Positions 40,386 to 50,945 of a DNA stretch of 64,000 nucleotides are shown here, piece by piece (positions within the stretch are counted from its first letter, which is position 1; every line of letters starts with the position of its first letter). The translations under genes and the position numbers were made by a program. Below the pieces are notes generated by a model, which saw nothing but the letters and a program-made list of their open reading frames with translations, had not been told where the DNA came from and searched no databases. The stretch is from Thermodesulfobacteriota bacterium (GTDB lineage Bacteria; Desulfobacterota; Desulfarculia; JACQYL01). The stretch spans positions 992,001 to 1,056,000 of the forward strand of contig CAXXLZ010000002.1 in NCBI GenBank assembly GCA_963675595.2. The letters run 5' to 3'.

Positions 40386-41707
40386 CGCTGCGCCCCGTTT
40401 CCTAGATACTGGAACACCACAACGTCCCCTTCTCCTCCATGAGGAATCACCAGACGCGGCTCGAACTCGCTGTCCAGGAGGGCGGGCGCCAGATCCGCCT
40501 GGGTGGGTTTGCCGGTATCCAGCTCGAACAATACCTGAGACATCCCTTCGTCCCGCAAGAGCGCCATGTGGCGCGACAGGTTCTCGCCGGCATCGGCCCC
40601 TTCCCAAAGAGAACGAAGGGTAACCGTTTGCAGGGAGGAATCGAATTCCGTCGAAAAGACCGAATGGGCGGAACGGTGTTCTCCGGCCGGTTCCACTAAT
40701 TGAAGGGAACGCCCGAGGTACAGGCGCTCGTACTGCTCCTCCAAAAATCCTCGGAGCCTGGGATGACACCACACGCTCCGGCCGGGGTCCTCCTTGAGTT
40801 GCCGGTACAGCACCGACTCGGAGACGGCGGACCCTTCCGCACGCCGGTGAATCAAGGACCCCAAAAACTCCATGTATCCGTCGGGAATCCCTGTCGCTCC
40901 GCAGCGACATATCACTCCCAATGCGTCCGTACGACCGTGTTTTCCGATACACTCGTCCAGGAGCGTCCGCGCCATGGCCGCGCGGTCCGAAGCGCTAAAA
41001 ACATAGGGACCGAAGATTTCCACCAATCCGGAACCCAGTCGACGCCACACGATCCCTCCCCCGATACGCATGCCCTCGTCGCGGGCTGCGAGAATTCCAT
41101 ATTCTCCGCACGCAGCCACATCCACCAGCTTGCCTGGAAAATGGAAGATTCGGGGAACCTCCGAAGCAGGGAAGTAACGGCTGATCCCGGAAGCCAGCAC
41201 CTTGGCTTCCTCCGAATTCGGAGTTACCACCTCGAAAGAATCCAAAGGAACCGGTTCCGATCCGCTCTCCCGTGGAGGTTCTTCCGGGTAGGCTTTCTCT
41301 TTGGTGAGCACCAGATGAATTCCCCTCGGGGGATATTCGGAAATCTGTAATCGATCAACGGATCGAGCGGCCAGGAGCAGCCCCAGATCTTCCAGGTCCG
41401 ACTCGCGTTCCGGCGAAAATGTGGCCGTCAAATTGAATGCTTCCATGCGGAACGGTTGAACAGGAACAATCAAGGAGAGTCGGACACAATAAATGCCGTC
41501 GGAACACTCCGCTTCCAGTTCCCGACCCGACTCACCTACACGAGTCAAGTAGGCGAAAAGCTCCTCCGCAGCCAAGACCAGCTTCAAAGTATCGGCGATT
41601 CCCATGCCGAAGGCATGCGAAGCGTTTTCCACCAGGGAAACGAACGTGTTTAAGAACGCAGACTCCAGCGGAATACGAATGGACAAAGTCTTACCGGGCG
41701 AGGTCAT
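40382..41707 (-). CDS. Hypothetical protein: degenerate RsbW/HATPase-like N-terminus + GNAT-like C-terminus
   Basis: KLVLAAEELF (N-box-like) and LGLLLAARSVDRL (G2-like), followed by a GNAT-like alpha/beta region. RBS ggagg upstream. Confidence 0.6.
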   Translation of the reverse strand: MTSPGKTLSIRIPLESAFLNTFVSLVENASHAFGMGIADTLKLVLAAEELFAYLTRVGESGRELEAECSDGIYCVRLSLIVPVQPFRMEAFNLTATFSPERESDLEDLGLLLAARSVDRLQISEYPPRGIHLVLTKEKAYPEEPPRESGSEPVPLDSFEVVTPNSEEAKVLASGISRYFPASEVPRIFHFPGKLVDVAACGEYGILAARDEGMRIGGGIVWRRLGSGLVEIFGPYVFSASDRAAMARTLLDECIGKHGRTDALGVICRCGATGIPDGYMEFLGSLIHRRAEGSAVSESVLYRQLKEDPGRSVWCHPRLRGFLEEQYERLYLGRSLQLVEPAGEHRSAHSVFSTEFDSSLQTVTLRSLWEGADAGENLSRHMALLRDEGMSQVLFELDTGKPTQADLAPALLDSEFEPRLVIPHGGEGDVVVFQYLGNGAQR

Positions 41708-42035
41708 GCGGACGCCTCCTGCAATGATTTTTCAACGATGGTGCGGTCGGTGCTCCGCCTCCGGATGCGGACGCTCAACGACGTGAGAAACGTGGCTCGG
41801 ATGGTGATCACACGTTCCGGTACACACAGGCTTCGTTCTTCACCGGACCGAAACGGCAATGATGAATATGGCATCATAACGCGACGAGTCGAATACCGCC
41901 ACACGGAATCCGTCGGCAACCGGGTGCGATCCCGAAATTGTCCGGGATGACGATCCTCACTTTTTCGGATGATGTTCTGCGAATCCGGACCGGGAAAGGA
42001 ATCTGGGAGGTTTCGGCGGGAAGCGGCGGTCCAAC

Positions 42036-42230
42036 TCAAGAATATCGCTGCGGGTGTAAGGAGTAGGAGACTTGAAGCCTTCTCATGAATTCCGCCGCAT
42101 CATTCGGATAGCTTGTCTTCAGCACTTTCGGAAAAATCCGGTCGATGTAGCAGTCGTCACACAACATCTCGGAATGAAATTCTCTTCCCTCATCATCGGG
42201 AATGGTTTCACGGCACTGATCGCAGGTCAT
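42036..42230 (-). CDS. Small Cys-rich (CxxC...CxxC) protein
   Basis: MTCDQC...LCDDCYID, 64 aa, downstream of the LuxR gene. Confidence 0.65.
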   Translation of the reverse strand: MTCDQCRETIPDDEGREFHSEMLCDDCYIDRIFPKVLKTSYPNDAAEFMRRLQVSYSLHPQRYS

Positions 42231-42292
42231 TACTTTGCCCGTTTCCCCGGTCTGATGATGAAGAACGTTATGACGACATGCGCGGCGAGGGT

Positions 42293-43000
42293 TCACACCA
42301 ATCCTTGGCGAGCGGCCCAAACCGCGGCCTGGGTGCGGTCGTTGACACCCAGCTTGTCGAAGATATTGTCCACGTGGCGCTTGACGGTATGGGGGCTCAA
42401 ATTCAAGACCTCGGCGATGTGGGGCTTGCTGAGCCCTTGAGACACCAAACGCAGCACTTCCAACTCGCGCATGGTCAGCGCACGTCCCGACACCGTTGGG
42501 AAGGAGCGGGGCTCGGGATAAGATCGGTTCAGCTCCTCCAACGAACGTTCGAGAGCGGCGAGACGGCGGATTTGTTTGCCTTGCCGTTCTTTGCGGTGCG
42601 AAATGTCGAAACTGATTCGGGCGACCAGGAGCACACGGCCGCGGCGGTCCAGGATCGGATACGCTCGCGCCTCCCTCCAGAGCACTCGCCCATCCTCAAG
42701 AACGATTCGGCGCTCCACCGCATGAGTGCGACCCGTAGCCCACACGGTTTTCACCGGGCAAGCGGATTCGCAAACCTCGTCACGGCCGAAAAAGGCCTCG
42801 TAGCAAAACCGGTCCACAATGGGGTTTCGTTCCCCGGACCGGCCTTCAGGCAACAGCGGCTCCCTGGCCCACACGATCCGGTAGGCGGAGTCCATCACCG
42901 CCAGGGAATCTCCCAAACCGGCCAAAATATCCCACGCCGATAACGCCGGCATGACGCGATCACCCGGGATCGCTTCTCGATTGGACTTCAGAACGGACAA
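42293..43000 (-). CDS. PAS-domain LuxR-family transcriptional regulator
   Basis: PAS with CYEAF.G....C...CP. C-terminal LT.RELEVL.L...G.S...IA..L.LS.HTVKRH..NIF.KLGV.DRTQAA. Confidence 0.9.
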   Translation of the reverse strand: MSVLKSNREAIPGDRVMPALSAWDILAGLGDSLAVMDSAYRIVWAREPLLPEGRSGERNPIVDRFCYEAFFGRDEVCESACPVKTVWATGRTHAVERRIVLEDGRVLWREARAYPILDRRGRVLLVARISFDISHRKERQGKQIRRLAALERSLEELNRSYPEPRSFPTVSGRALTMRELEVLRLVSQGLSKPHIAEVLNLSPHTVKRHVDNIFDKLGVNDRTQAAVWAARQGLV

Positions 43001-43218
43001 CCCGTGTCGCCTCCCACCCGTTTCCTATCAGCCGTTGCCGGCCGCATTAATGGACTATACGGTATTCCTCGCGCTCGATCAATGCACCGTTACGTCTCAC
43101 AACCGACCCGGAAACCCTGTTGTCACGGGAAACCCCAAAAAAGGGAGGACCGCCTAAGAAGCCCTCCCTTCACAATGATCATGCCTGCGCGCAGCACGCG
43201 GCGCCCGCACTTGTCCAA

Positions 43219-43367
43219 CAGCCCGTTGAAAAAGTCGGATGATTGGAGATTGTTGAAAAACGATGACATGCAAGGCGCGCAAATCCCGAGAAATGAGACG
43301 TACCTAGAAGTACGTCGCAGTGACGAGGGACGAAGCGCAACGCCGCAGATCGCGTTTTTCAGCGGTC
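43219..43367. repeat. Dispersed ~150-bp MITE-like repeat, copy 2
   Basis: Imperfect inverted ends (gttgaaaaa ... tttttcagc). Internal blocks shared with 12159-12303. Confidence 0.6.
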
Positions 43368-43369
43368 GG

Positions 43370-43840
43370 CTAAAGGGACCACCATTTGGTGGAATAGGTT
43401 TCCCTCACCCGCAGGGCCTTTTCCTCGGCCCAGCGTTCCAGTCCCATCTTCCGGATCAGGCAAAGATTGAAGACCTTGGTGTTGTGAGGAACCTTGTCGG
43501 CGCGGTCGGCATAGGGATGCAGATGATCGCAGGGAAACTCATCGCACTGAAAACAGAAGTCCACTCCCTTTGCTCGGCTGCAGGCATAAGCGGGACATGG
43601 TTCGCCTTCGCTGCGATTGGAAACCATGGGGTTCAAGTGAAGTTTGATGCACCCCCCTTGGGGCCGGCACCCTCGGCAAAACATGACCTCAACGGGCACT
43701 CCCAGAACGCGTTGATACCGCTCCAACTCTTCCATTGCCCTCGAGTCTTCACGGGCGAGGTAGAAAACGCAATTGAAGCAGTCCAGTCCGCAGGGAGCGG
43801 TCTTGAGAAGATAATCCACGACCCGGCCTTCTTCGGACAT
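43370..43840 (-). CDS. DUF3795 domain Cys-rich protein
   Basis: APCGLDC..C, C.GCR, C..Y.C...KG..FC..C.EFPC. Confidence 0.85.
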   Translation of the reverse strand: MSEEGRVVDYLLKTAPCGLDCFNCVFYLAREDSRAMEELERYQRVLGVPVEVMFCRGCRPQGGCIKLHLNPMVSNRSEGEPCPAYACSRAKGVDFCFQCDEFPCDHLHPYADRADKVPHNTKVFNLCLIRKMGLERWAEEKALRVRETYSTKWWSL

Positions 43841-43861
43841 GAATACCCTCCTGTTCTCAGC

Positions 43862-44662
43862 TCATTTGCCGTGGGTTCGGGCGATCTTTTCGAACATGTT
43901 CGTCATGCCCGTACCCAGATAGCAGAGCGAATCGATGTTCAGGTTCTCTTCGGCATCGGCGTCCCAGAACAGACTGAGATCGGAATCCATTCCTTCTTCG
44001 GGCTTCCAGTAACAGATCAGCATGGGAACCTTGGGCAGCGGATAGAGCACCACGGCCACATCGGAATCGAAGGCCCGTGCCGGTTCCGCTTGGAACACAT
44101 CGATCATGGTTTCGAAGAGGTCGGTGCATCCGTCGATCACTTTCTTCAACGTCTGTACGCATCGGTGTTCGAAGAACCGGCCCCAGTCCGGCCCTCCCGG
44201 GAGGTCTCGGAGCGGTACCCATCGGCCCGACGGCTCCTTACCCGAGCAGCGAATGATGTAGTTCAACAAAGGCATCCGCAACCACATATTGGTATGGCAT
44301 GTGGAAGCCACTTGCCCTTTCCGATCCACCAAAAAATCCTTTCCGAGCATGGGAACGGCGAGTTTGCCGTCCACGAGTCTCGCCCCCAGTCTCGACGTGG
44401 CCGAGTCGAAGTCCGTTTGGGCGACTTGACGCTCCAACTCCTCCACGATTCCCTGCTGATCCTGGTCCAGCCTATTCTCTCCTATAGACTGAACCCGACA
44501 AGACTCCACCACTTCGCCGGCCAGATGGGGGCAATCGGCGAGGGTCTTTTTGCCCTGCAGAACGCCCACGGCAAAGGTCATACAGGTGGGCATGCCGCAG
44601 TCACGGCAATTGGTTTTCGGCAATATTTTCAGGATGTCGAGATAGTTGTTGGCTTGCGGCAT
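43862..44662 (-). CDS. DUF3786 domain protein with N-terminal 4Fe-4S (CdhE-like) module
   Basis: LPKTNCRDCG.PTC..FA...CP; L.YI, W...R.LP.G, PLPKVP....W..E, LFWD motifs. Confidence 0.85.
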   Translation of the reverse strand: MPQANNYLDILKILPKTNCRDCGMPTCMTFAVGVLQGKKTLADCPHLAGEVVESCRVQSIGENRLDQDQQGIVEELERQVAQTDFDSATSRLGARLVDGKLAVPMLGKDFLVDRKGQVASTCHTNMWLRMPLLNYIIRCSGKEPSGRWVPLRDLPGGPDWGRFFEHRCVQTLKKVIDGCTDLFETMIDVFQAEPARAFDSDVAVVLYPLPKVPMLICYWKPEEGMDSDLSLFWDADAEENLNIDSLCYLGTGMTNMFEKIARTHGK

Positions 44663-44999
44663 AAGTTTCCTCTCTTCACTTAATTGACGACCGTCATATA
44701 AGCCCGTCCGGCAAGAAAAAACAGGTGCGCGTGCAGGAAACCACGGGGGTGTGTGCACGGAACACGGCGGCATGCCGAACACTGCATTTGTCTCCAGTCT
44801 GGACATGCTGACAGTTGAAGCCGCAAAAAAAATCACCCGTTCGGGCCATTTTGTGGACGATCGATTTCGTCCCTTTCATCGACCTCGTGCAGGTTGGGAG
44901 TTGCGATCAAGGAAGGCATCGATGCCGGGCCCGGGGGCCCTATCACGTGCGGAGAAGAACCATGCTCCTGCGAATCGTCGGTCGGGAACGCGGCGCTGT

Positions 45000-46205
45000 C
45001 TATTCATGCCTGAGCGCGTCGATGGGATCCAGCCGAGCCGCCTTTCGCGCGGGGAAATAGCCGAAAATCACCCCTATGGCGGCGGAGAAAAGAAAGGAGA
45101 CAACCACGATGCCCGCATTCAAGACAAACGGTACATCGAGAACGTCCGCGAGCCGCACCGATGCGGCGAGCGCCAGGGCGATCCCGATCAAACCGCCTAG
45201 AGAAGACAACACCGCGGCCTCGACCAGGAATTGAAGCAGAACGTCTCTTTCGAGAGCTCCGACGGCAAGCCGGATACCGATTTCCCGAGTCCGCTCGGTC
45301 ACCGATACCAGCATAATGTTCATGATGCCGATCCCGCCCACCAAAAGGCTGACCGCGGCCACGGCGCCCAACAAGGCGGTGAGCACCTTGGTAGTCCCGG
45401 TAAGCGTTTTGGCAATTTCTTTCATGTCCCTCACATCAAAGTTATCGTCTTCGCTCGGGGAAAGATGGCGACGTTCCCGCATCAATTGCCGGATGTCTCG
45501 TTGGACTCTCTCCGTGGAAGCATCTTCCCGTGCCGAAACAAGCAGGAGGCTGATGTCCTGATTCCCGGCAATACGCCGCTGGTAGGTGCGCAGCGGGATC
45601 ACGACCACGTCGTCCTGATCGCGTCCCATGGCGCTCTGTCCTTTGGGCTCCAACAAACCGACGATTTGACAGGAAACCTTCCCCAGGCGGATCTTGCCGT
45701 CCACGACGTTCCGTCGCCCGAAAAGCTTATTGCGGACCGTTTCCCCCAAAATACATACGGCCGCACCGGACCGGAGTTCACTATCGGTGAAGAGCCTACC
45801 CGAGGATAGTTTCAGGTTGCGCACTTTGAAATACGAATTTTCCGTCCCGGTGACCGAGGTGGACCAATTCGAATTGCCGAACACGGCCATCACGGAACCG
45901 GAGGCAACAGGAGCCACGGAAGCGACTGAGCCGACCTCCCGGGCGATCGCCAAAGCGTCCCTTCGCTTGAACGGTGGAGCGGTGGATCTTTGACCGGGTC
46001 CCATCCGTTTTCCCTGAGTCACGATCAGCAGATTGCTGCCCAGCCCGGCAATTTCAGAGGTGACTTGTGCGGTGGCACCCCCGCCGATGGTCACCAGAGT
46101 AATCACCGCACCCACTCCGATGACGATGCCCAGCATAGTCAGGAATGAACGCATCAGGTTGCGCCTGATCTCACGCAACGCAAGCAGAATCGTGTTCCAG
46201 AGCAT
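45000..46205 (-). CDS. MacB-family ABC transporter permease
   Basis: RSFLTMLGIVIGV, SLLVGGIGIMNIMLVSVTERTREIGIR.AVGA, FG.FPARKAARLDPIDALR.E. Confidence 0.95.
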   Translation of the reverse strand: MLWNTILLALREIRRNLMRSFLTMLGIVIGVGAVITLVTIGGGATAQVTSEIAGLGSNLLIVTQGKRMGPGQRSTAPPFKRRDALAIAREVGSVASVAPVASGSVMAVFGNSNWSTSVTGTENSYFKVRNLKLSSGRLFTDSELRSGAAVCILGETVRNKLFGRRNVVDGKIRLGKVSCQIVGLLEPKGQSAMGRDQDDVVVIPLRTYQRRIAGNQDISLLLVSAREDASTERVQRDIRQLMRERRHLSPSEDDNFDVRDMKEIAKTLTGTTKVLTALLGAVAAVSLLVGGIGIMNIMLVSVTERTREIGIRLAVGALERDVLLQFLVEAAVLSSLGGLIGIALALAASVRLADVLDVPFVLNAGIVVVSFLFSAAIGVIFGYFPARKAARLDPIDALRHE

Positions 46206-46942
46206 CAGGTTCTCTCCCCGTTGCGTGCATCCGATTCCACCAGACCATCCACAAAACGGATGACGCGCTTGGCATAGGCCGCCATGTCCTGTTCATGGGT
46301 GATCATGACGATGGTGATACCTTGGTCCCGGTTCAAGGACACGAGCAGTTCCATGATCTCGCGGCTGCGGGCCGTGTCCAGATTCCCAGTGGGCTCGTCC
46401 GCCAACAGCATGGCAGGCCCGGTGACAATGCCCCGGGCAATGGCCACCCGCTGCTCCTGACCGCCCGATAGTTCCCCCGGAGTGTGAGACTCCCATCCTT
46501 TGAGCCCCACCGTTTCCAGGGCTTGCAAGGCACGTGCCCGTCGTTCTTCCGCGGGCACTCCGCGATAAATCAAGGGGAGTTCCACATTCTCGAGCGCCGA
46601 CGTGCGTTTCAGCAGATTGAAGCCTTGAAACACAAACCCTTGGTAATGGCGACGCAGCAGGGCCCGTTGGTTGGACGAAAGTTGCCCCACCTCAACGCCT
46701 TGGAACCGATAAGAGCCGGCACTCGGAGTATCCAGGCACCCAAGAATATTCAAGAATGTGGATTTCCCCGATCCGCTGGGCCCCATTACGGCCAGGAAGT
46801 CACCCTCGTGGATGACGACGTCGATGCCCCGAAGCGCTTCCACCGCTCCAGGCCCTTCGCCGTAGACCCTGCGTATGCCCTCGAACACAATCAAGGGATG
46901 GTCGGAAGGATTCACCTCGGAAGGCGAGTCGACCAGCTTCAT
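46205..46942 (-). CDS. MacB/LolD-family ABC ATP-binding protein
   Basis: GPSGSGKST, FVFQ.FNLL, LSGGQEQRVAIAR, LLADEPTGNLD, ITH. Confidence 0.95.
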   Translation of the reverse strand: MKLVDSPSEVNPSDHPLIVFEGIRRVYGEGPGAVEALRGIDVVIHEGDFLAVMGPSGSGKSTFLNILGCLDTPSAGSYRFQGVEVGQLSSNQRALLRRHYQGFVFQGFNLLKRTSALENVELPLIYRGVPAEERRARALQALETVGLKGWESHTPGELSGGQEQRVAIARGIVTGPAMLLADEPTGNLDTARSREIMELLVSLNRDQGITIVMITHEQDMAAYAKRVIRFVDGLVESDARNGERT

Positions 46943-48228
46943 TTATCCGTCTCCACATAATCCACTATCAGGGCCGTCCCGGCTTTGATCTCCGGCGCCG
47001 TGACCTCGCTCATGATTCCGTTGGTCGCTCCGACGGTGACGGCCACCGCCGAGGGTTTCCCATCCTTCAGGATCCAGACTCTCTGTTGTTTCTTATTCTT
47101 CGCCTGTTCCTCTCGAGGCTTGGATGAGGATCGGGGGGGACGGGGAAGCAGCGTGCCGACCAAGCCTCGCGAGGGGCGCTCTTCCTCGCGTGCCGGAGGG
47201 ATGAAGCGCAAGGCGGAATTTGGAACCAGAAGAGCGTTTTCCACCTTGTTCACCGTGATATCGGCGGTGGCCGTCATGCCGGGTCTCAGAGACAGATCGG
47301 AATTGTTCACTTCCAACACGGTTTCATACGTTACGACCCCTTCCGTGGATTCGGAGCCGTAACGGACTTGAGTAATCCGAGCCTCAAAGGTCCTTCCCGG
47401 ATACGCATCCGTAGAGAACTCCGCAGTCTGGCCTTCCCGCACCTGACCCACGTCCGCTTCATCAACATCAACGTGCAATTCCATCTGGGTCAGGTCCTCG
47501 GCCAAGCTGAACAGCACCGGTGCTTGAAAAGATGCCGCCACTGTCTGCCCCGGCTCCACGCTTCGGGTCAGCACGATTCCATTGATGGGGGACCGGATCA
47601 CCGTTTTCGACAGGTCTGTTTCGTTGGCTTCAAGCACGCCCAAAGCCTGAGAAGCCGAGGCTTTCGCGGCGGCTTCATCCGCTTCGGCACGATCGAGAGC
47701 CGCTTCCGCAGCATCGATCTCGAGTTGCGACGGAACTTTGTTGTTGCTCAACTTCCTCACCGTTTGAAGCTGTTTCAGCTTGCTGCGCGTCTCCTTTACG
47801 GTCGCACGCGCCTGCAGGACTTTGGCCTTGGCCGCCTCCAAGGCCGCCCTGGATTGCATAACCTGCGCCTTGAGTTTGGTGGTGTCCAGTGTGGCCAAGA
47901 CCTGGCCGACCCGCACCCTGTCGTTGTAATCCGCCTCCACGGTTTTGATGATGCCGGAGAGCTCGCTTCCCACCTCAACTTCGTTGGTGGGTTCAAGATT
48001 TCCCGTAGCCGTTACGATAACCGTCAAGTCGCCGACTTGCGCCTCCTGAGTTTTGTAGAAAATCGAATCCGACTTTCCTGCGGACCTCCAAATCACAACG
48101 ACCACGATTAAGGCCGCAACCAGAATGATCGGTACGATCCGACGCCTGAGTCTCTTTCCCCGTTTCGAAGACTGGTCGAGTTTCAGTGTTCGCGCAACGT
48201 CCGATTCCGAAACGGAATGCGATTTCAT
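46939..48228 (-). CDS. MacA-type periplasmic adaptor (MFP)
   Basis: ATG.L.P...VEVGSELSG, IRSPINGIV, GQTVAASFQAP.LF, VDEADVG, LRPGMTA. Confidence 0.93.
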   Translation of the reverse strand: MKSHSVSESDVARTLKLDQSSKRGKRLRRRIVPIILVAALIVVVVIWRSAGKSDSIFYKTQEAQVGDLTVIVTATGNLEPTNEVEVGSELSGIIKTVEADYNDRVRVGQVLATLDTTKLKAQVMQSRAALEAAKAKVLQARATVKETRSKLKQLQTVRKLSNNKVPSQLEIDAAEAALDRAEADEAAAKASASQALGVLEANETDLSKTVIRSPINGIVLTRSVEPGQTVAASFQAPVLFSLAEDLTQMELHVDVDEADVGQVREGQTAEFSTDAYPGRTFEARITQVRYGSESTEGVVTYETVLEVNNSDLSLRPGMTATADITVNKVENALLVPNSALRFIPPAREEERPSRGLVGTLLPRPPRSSSKPREEQAKNKKQQRVWILKDGKPSAVAVTVGATNGIMSEVTAPEIKAGTALIVDYVETDK

Positions 48229-48434
48229 GTCTCAGCTCCTTGAGGATATTTGCCTTCCCATCATTGACCGGAGAGGTCCGCCCCCGGTACCGCATCCCAT
48301 GTCCCGGGGTCGCCGGCGGAAAACGCATGTCCGTCGGATCCATGCCGTGGCACTTTCCAAATCTCGCGGGTCTCCGGGGCAACAGTTGAAGTTTTTATTT
48401 CGAGAAGCCGTCCAAGCGGGTGTCCATGGGCACG

Positions 48435-49955
48435 TCATCCCGGTTCTTGGGACGACAAGGGCCTCCAACCACCACCTAAGGCTTTGTAAAGACGTATGAG
48501 GTTGGTGGTCACCGCGCCTTCGCTCTGGGCCAGTTGATCCTGAAAAGAAAGGAGAGACCTTTGGGCGTCCAAAACGTCCGAGAAATCCATAAGCCCGGCC
48601 GTGTATTGGGCTTCCGCAAGGCTCGCGGCCTGTCGTGCGGCTTCCACGGCAGCCGTGAGCCTTTCTCTTCGAAGCTGTTCTTGGGCGTAAGCGGTCAACG
48701 TGTTTTCCACCTCTTCCAAGGCCCCCAGCACGGCCGCTTCGTAAGCCAGCAAAACCTGTTCCCTGACGGCCCATTGCGCTTCAATGTTATTACGAACGGC
48801 ACCGGCATCGAACACATTCCAGGAAATCGTCGGGCCGAAGCTCCAGAAGCGGCTGGACCAATCAAGTAGATCGGCCGACTTCGAAGACTCCAGGCCGATG
48901 GATCCTGCCAGACGAAGTCTCGGATAGAGTTCCGCCACGGCCACGCCTACTCGGGCGGTCTCCGCAGCCAATTGGTATTCGGCACGCCGAACGTCGGGTC
49001 GCCGGCGCAATGCCTCGGCCGGCACACCCACGGCAACCGAGGGAGGCGTGATCGGTATGGACCGGTGCTCTTCCAGCATTTCGTGAAGCGTTCCGGGCGC
49101 ACGTGCCGTCAAAACGGCCAGTCGATTCAGGGTCTCTTCCAGCCCTGTGCGAAGCGTCGGAATCCGGGAACGGGTATTCTCTAGGTTGTAACGTGCCTGC
49201 TGAACGGCCAATTCGTTGCCCAGACCTGCTTGATAACGGAATCGCGCAATCTCGAATGTCTCTCGCTGGGCGTCAAGGTTGGCTTGGGCCAGGTCAAGCC
49301 GGGTTTGATACGTACGGACCTCCACGTAATTGAGAGCCACCTCCGCGAGAAGCGATACCAGCACATCGTTGAGATCTTCTCCCGCAGCCTGCAAATCGGC
49401 GTCCGCCGCTTCCACGGATCTCCGGACGCCGCCGAAAATATCGATTTCCCAGCCGGCGTCAAAGGACGTCATGAAAAGCGTGTTGGTGTTCCCGGTACCT
49501 ACGTTCCCACTACTACGACTCTTTGAGACGGAGGCGTCCACATCCAAGACGGGAAACAGATCGGCCTTTGTGATGCCGCGTCGAGCCCGTGCCTCACGCA
49601 CACGGGATTCAGCCTGTTTCATTTCGAGGTTGCCTTCCACCACCAGAGCGATCAACTCGGACAAGTCCGGGTCGCTCAGGGTGCGCCACCATTCGGCAAG
49701 GCCTTCGGAATCCGGGGGACCGGGTCGTAGGCCTTCCATGAGTTCAGTGTGCCAGGTCTTGGGTGCCGTTTGCGGAGGGGGAACATGATCCGGCCCCACT
49801 GCGGCGCAAGCGGCGAACATCATCATGATCGCCGGTACGCAGATTGCCCAAAAAGCTCTTCCGGCGAGTACCCCCTCTCCCGGTGCCGACATTTCCCTAT
49901 GGCGTTTCTCTTTCATTCGTATTGACCCCGATAGCGGGCCGCGCGCTCGTTCCAT
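48435..49955 (-). CDS. Outer membrane efflux lipoprotein (NodT/OprM/TolC family)
   Basis: Lipobox FAAC, WW..L.DP.L..L, WEIDIFG..RR, RRPDVR.AE, LYKALGGGW. Start probably downstream of 49955. Confidence 0.93.
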   Translation of the reverse strand: MERARGPLSGSIRMKEKRHREMSAPGEGVLAGRAFWAICVPAIMMMFAACAAVGPDHVPPPQTAPKTWHTELMEGLRPGPPDSEGLAEWWRTLSDPDLSELIALVVEGNLEMKQAESRVREARARRGITKADLFPVLDVDASVSKSRSSGNVGTGNTNTLFMTSFDAGWEIDIFGGVRRSVEAADADLQAAGEDLNDVLVSLLAEVALNYVEVRTYQTRLDLAQANLDAQRETFEIARFRYQAGLGNELAVQQARYNLENTRSRIPTLRTGLEETLNRLAVLTARAPGTLHEMLEEHRSIPITPPSVAVGVPAEALRRRPDVRRAEYQLAAETARVGVAVAELYPRLRLAGSIGLESSKSADLLDWSSRFWSFGPTISWNVFDAGAVRNNIEAQWAVREQVLLAYEAAVLGALEEVENTLTAYAQEQLRRERLTAAVEAARQAASLAEAQYTAGLMDFSDVLDAQRSLLSFQDQLAQSEGAVTTNLIRLYKALGGGWRPLSSQEPG

Positions 49956-50945
49956 GAGACATCCGTTCCGGACTCTAATTTCAGCGTCTCGTCTCGCTAA
50001 GTATTATTCCAGCTACACCTGCCGGCCGGGAAGGCCGACCTCCGTTTCAACGGATTCCGGCAGACTTTTGCGGACTCAAGAAATCTCACCGCCCAATCCC
50101 CTATAGAAGCCAAGTCGGAATCTCCTACCGGGACGGCTCCTGTACGATACGAAAGCCGTTCCTCCTTCCGCTTTCCTTTGCGACAATGCTCGGGCTCCGA
50201 AGAGGAAATTTCGGCAAGAAAACGACTCTCCCAATCCCAGCCGGCATTGATCAGGGAAATTTCAGCATCATAGGCAAGATATTATGCCATGTCTCCCGGA
50301 AAAAGCGTTTCCACGTGTTCCGACACCCTCTTTACGTTTCTTATCCTTATGAAGAGACGAACGTTCTCCCTTAGGGGAGGCAGGCATTCGAACAAGGGAA
50401 GGCTCATTTGGATCGGCTCTTTTCTCATTCCGCCGAAGGGTACAATCAAGCCGCTCTTAGGTTTCGACCACCATCATCGTCTCAACGTTTATCCAAGCAA
50501 CAATTGTTTACCCAAAACTTCGAAGGCTGGAAGATCGGGATCCCCGGCAACTTGCCTGTCTTCTTCCGACCAACCCCCATCCGTTATGACGCCGACCAAC
50601 ATTGACTTCAAAGAACGACGGGACTAAAAGAAACAGTGTCGATGCAGCTGCGGGAGCCGATTCATCTCACGGCCGTCAAAGGCTCCGGTGAAAACCAATT
50701 TCCAGGACCGCAGAGAAACCGCCCCCCCGCCGAAGACTCGATGAACCCCGGGCAGGGAAGTCCGAATTTGCCGACGTTACGTCCGGTGACTGCGTACGGC
50801 TCAGGTGTTTCCGGGAGCCGGACGCTCCCTGGAAGAAGGTGGAATATTTCCATGCGAAAGGGCTTGCAGCTGTCCGGGATATTGGGGCCCGACTTCACCC
50901 ACGGCATACACCCCATTCGCCCACAACCGGAATGGGAGACGCCCT

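Noticed and set aside
39249-40952. 567-aa extended HisC ORF
   Set aside because: The extension overlaps the upstream gene in another frame; ATG at 40385 with ATGA coupling is the better start.
43004-44683. 559-aa plus-strand ORF
   Set aside because: Antisense to the DUF3795 and DUF3786 genes and runs through a repeat.
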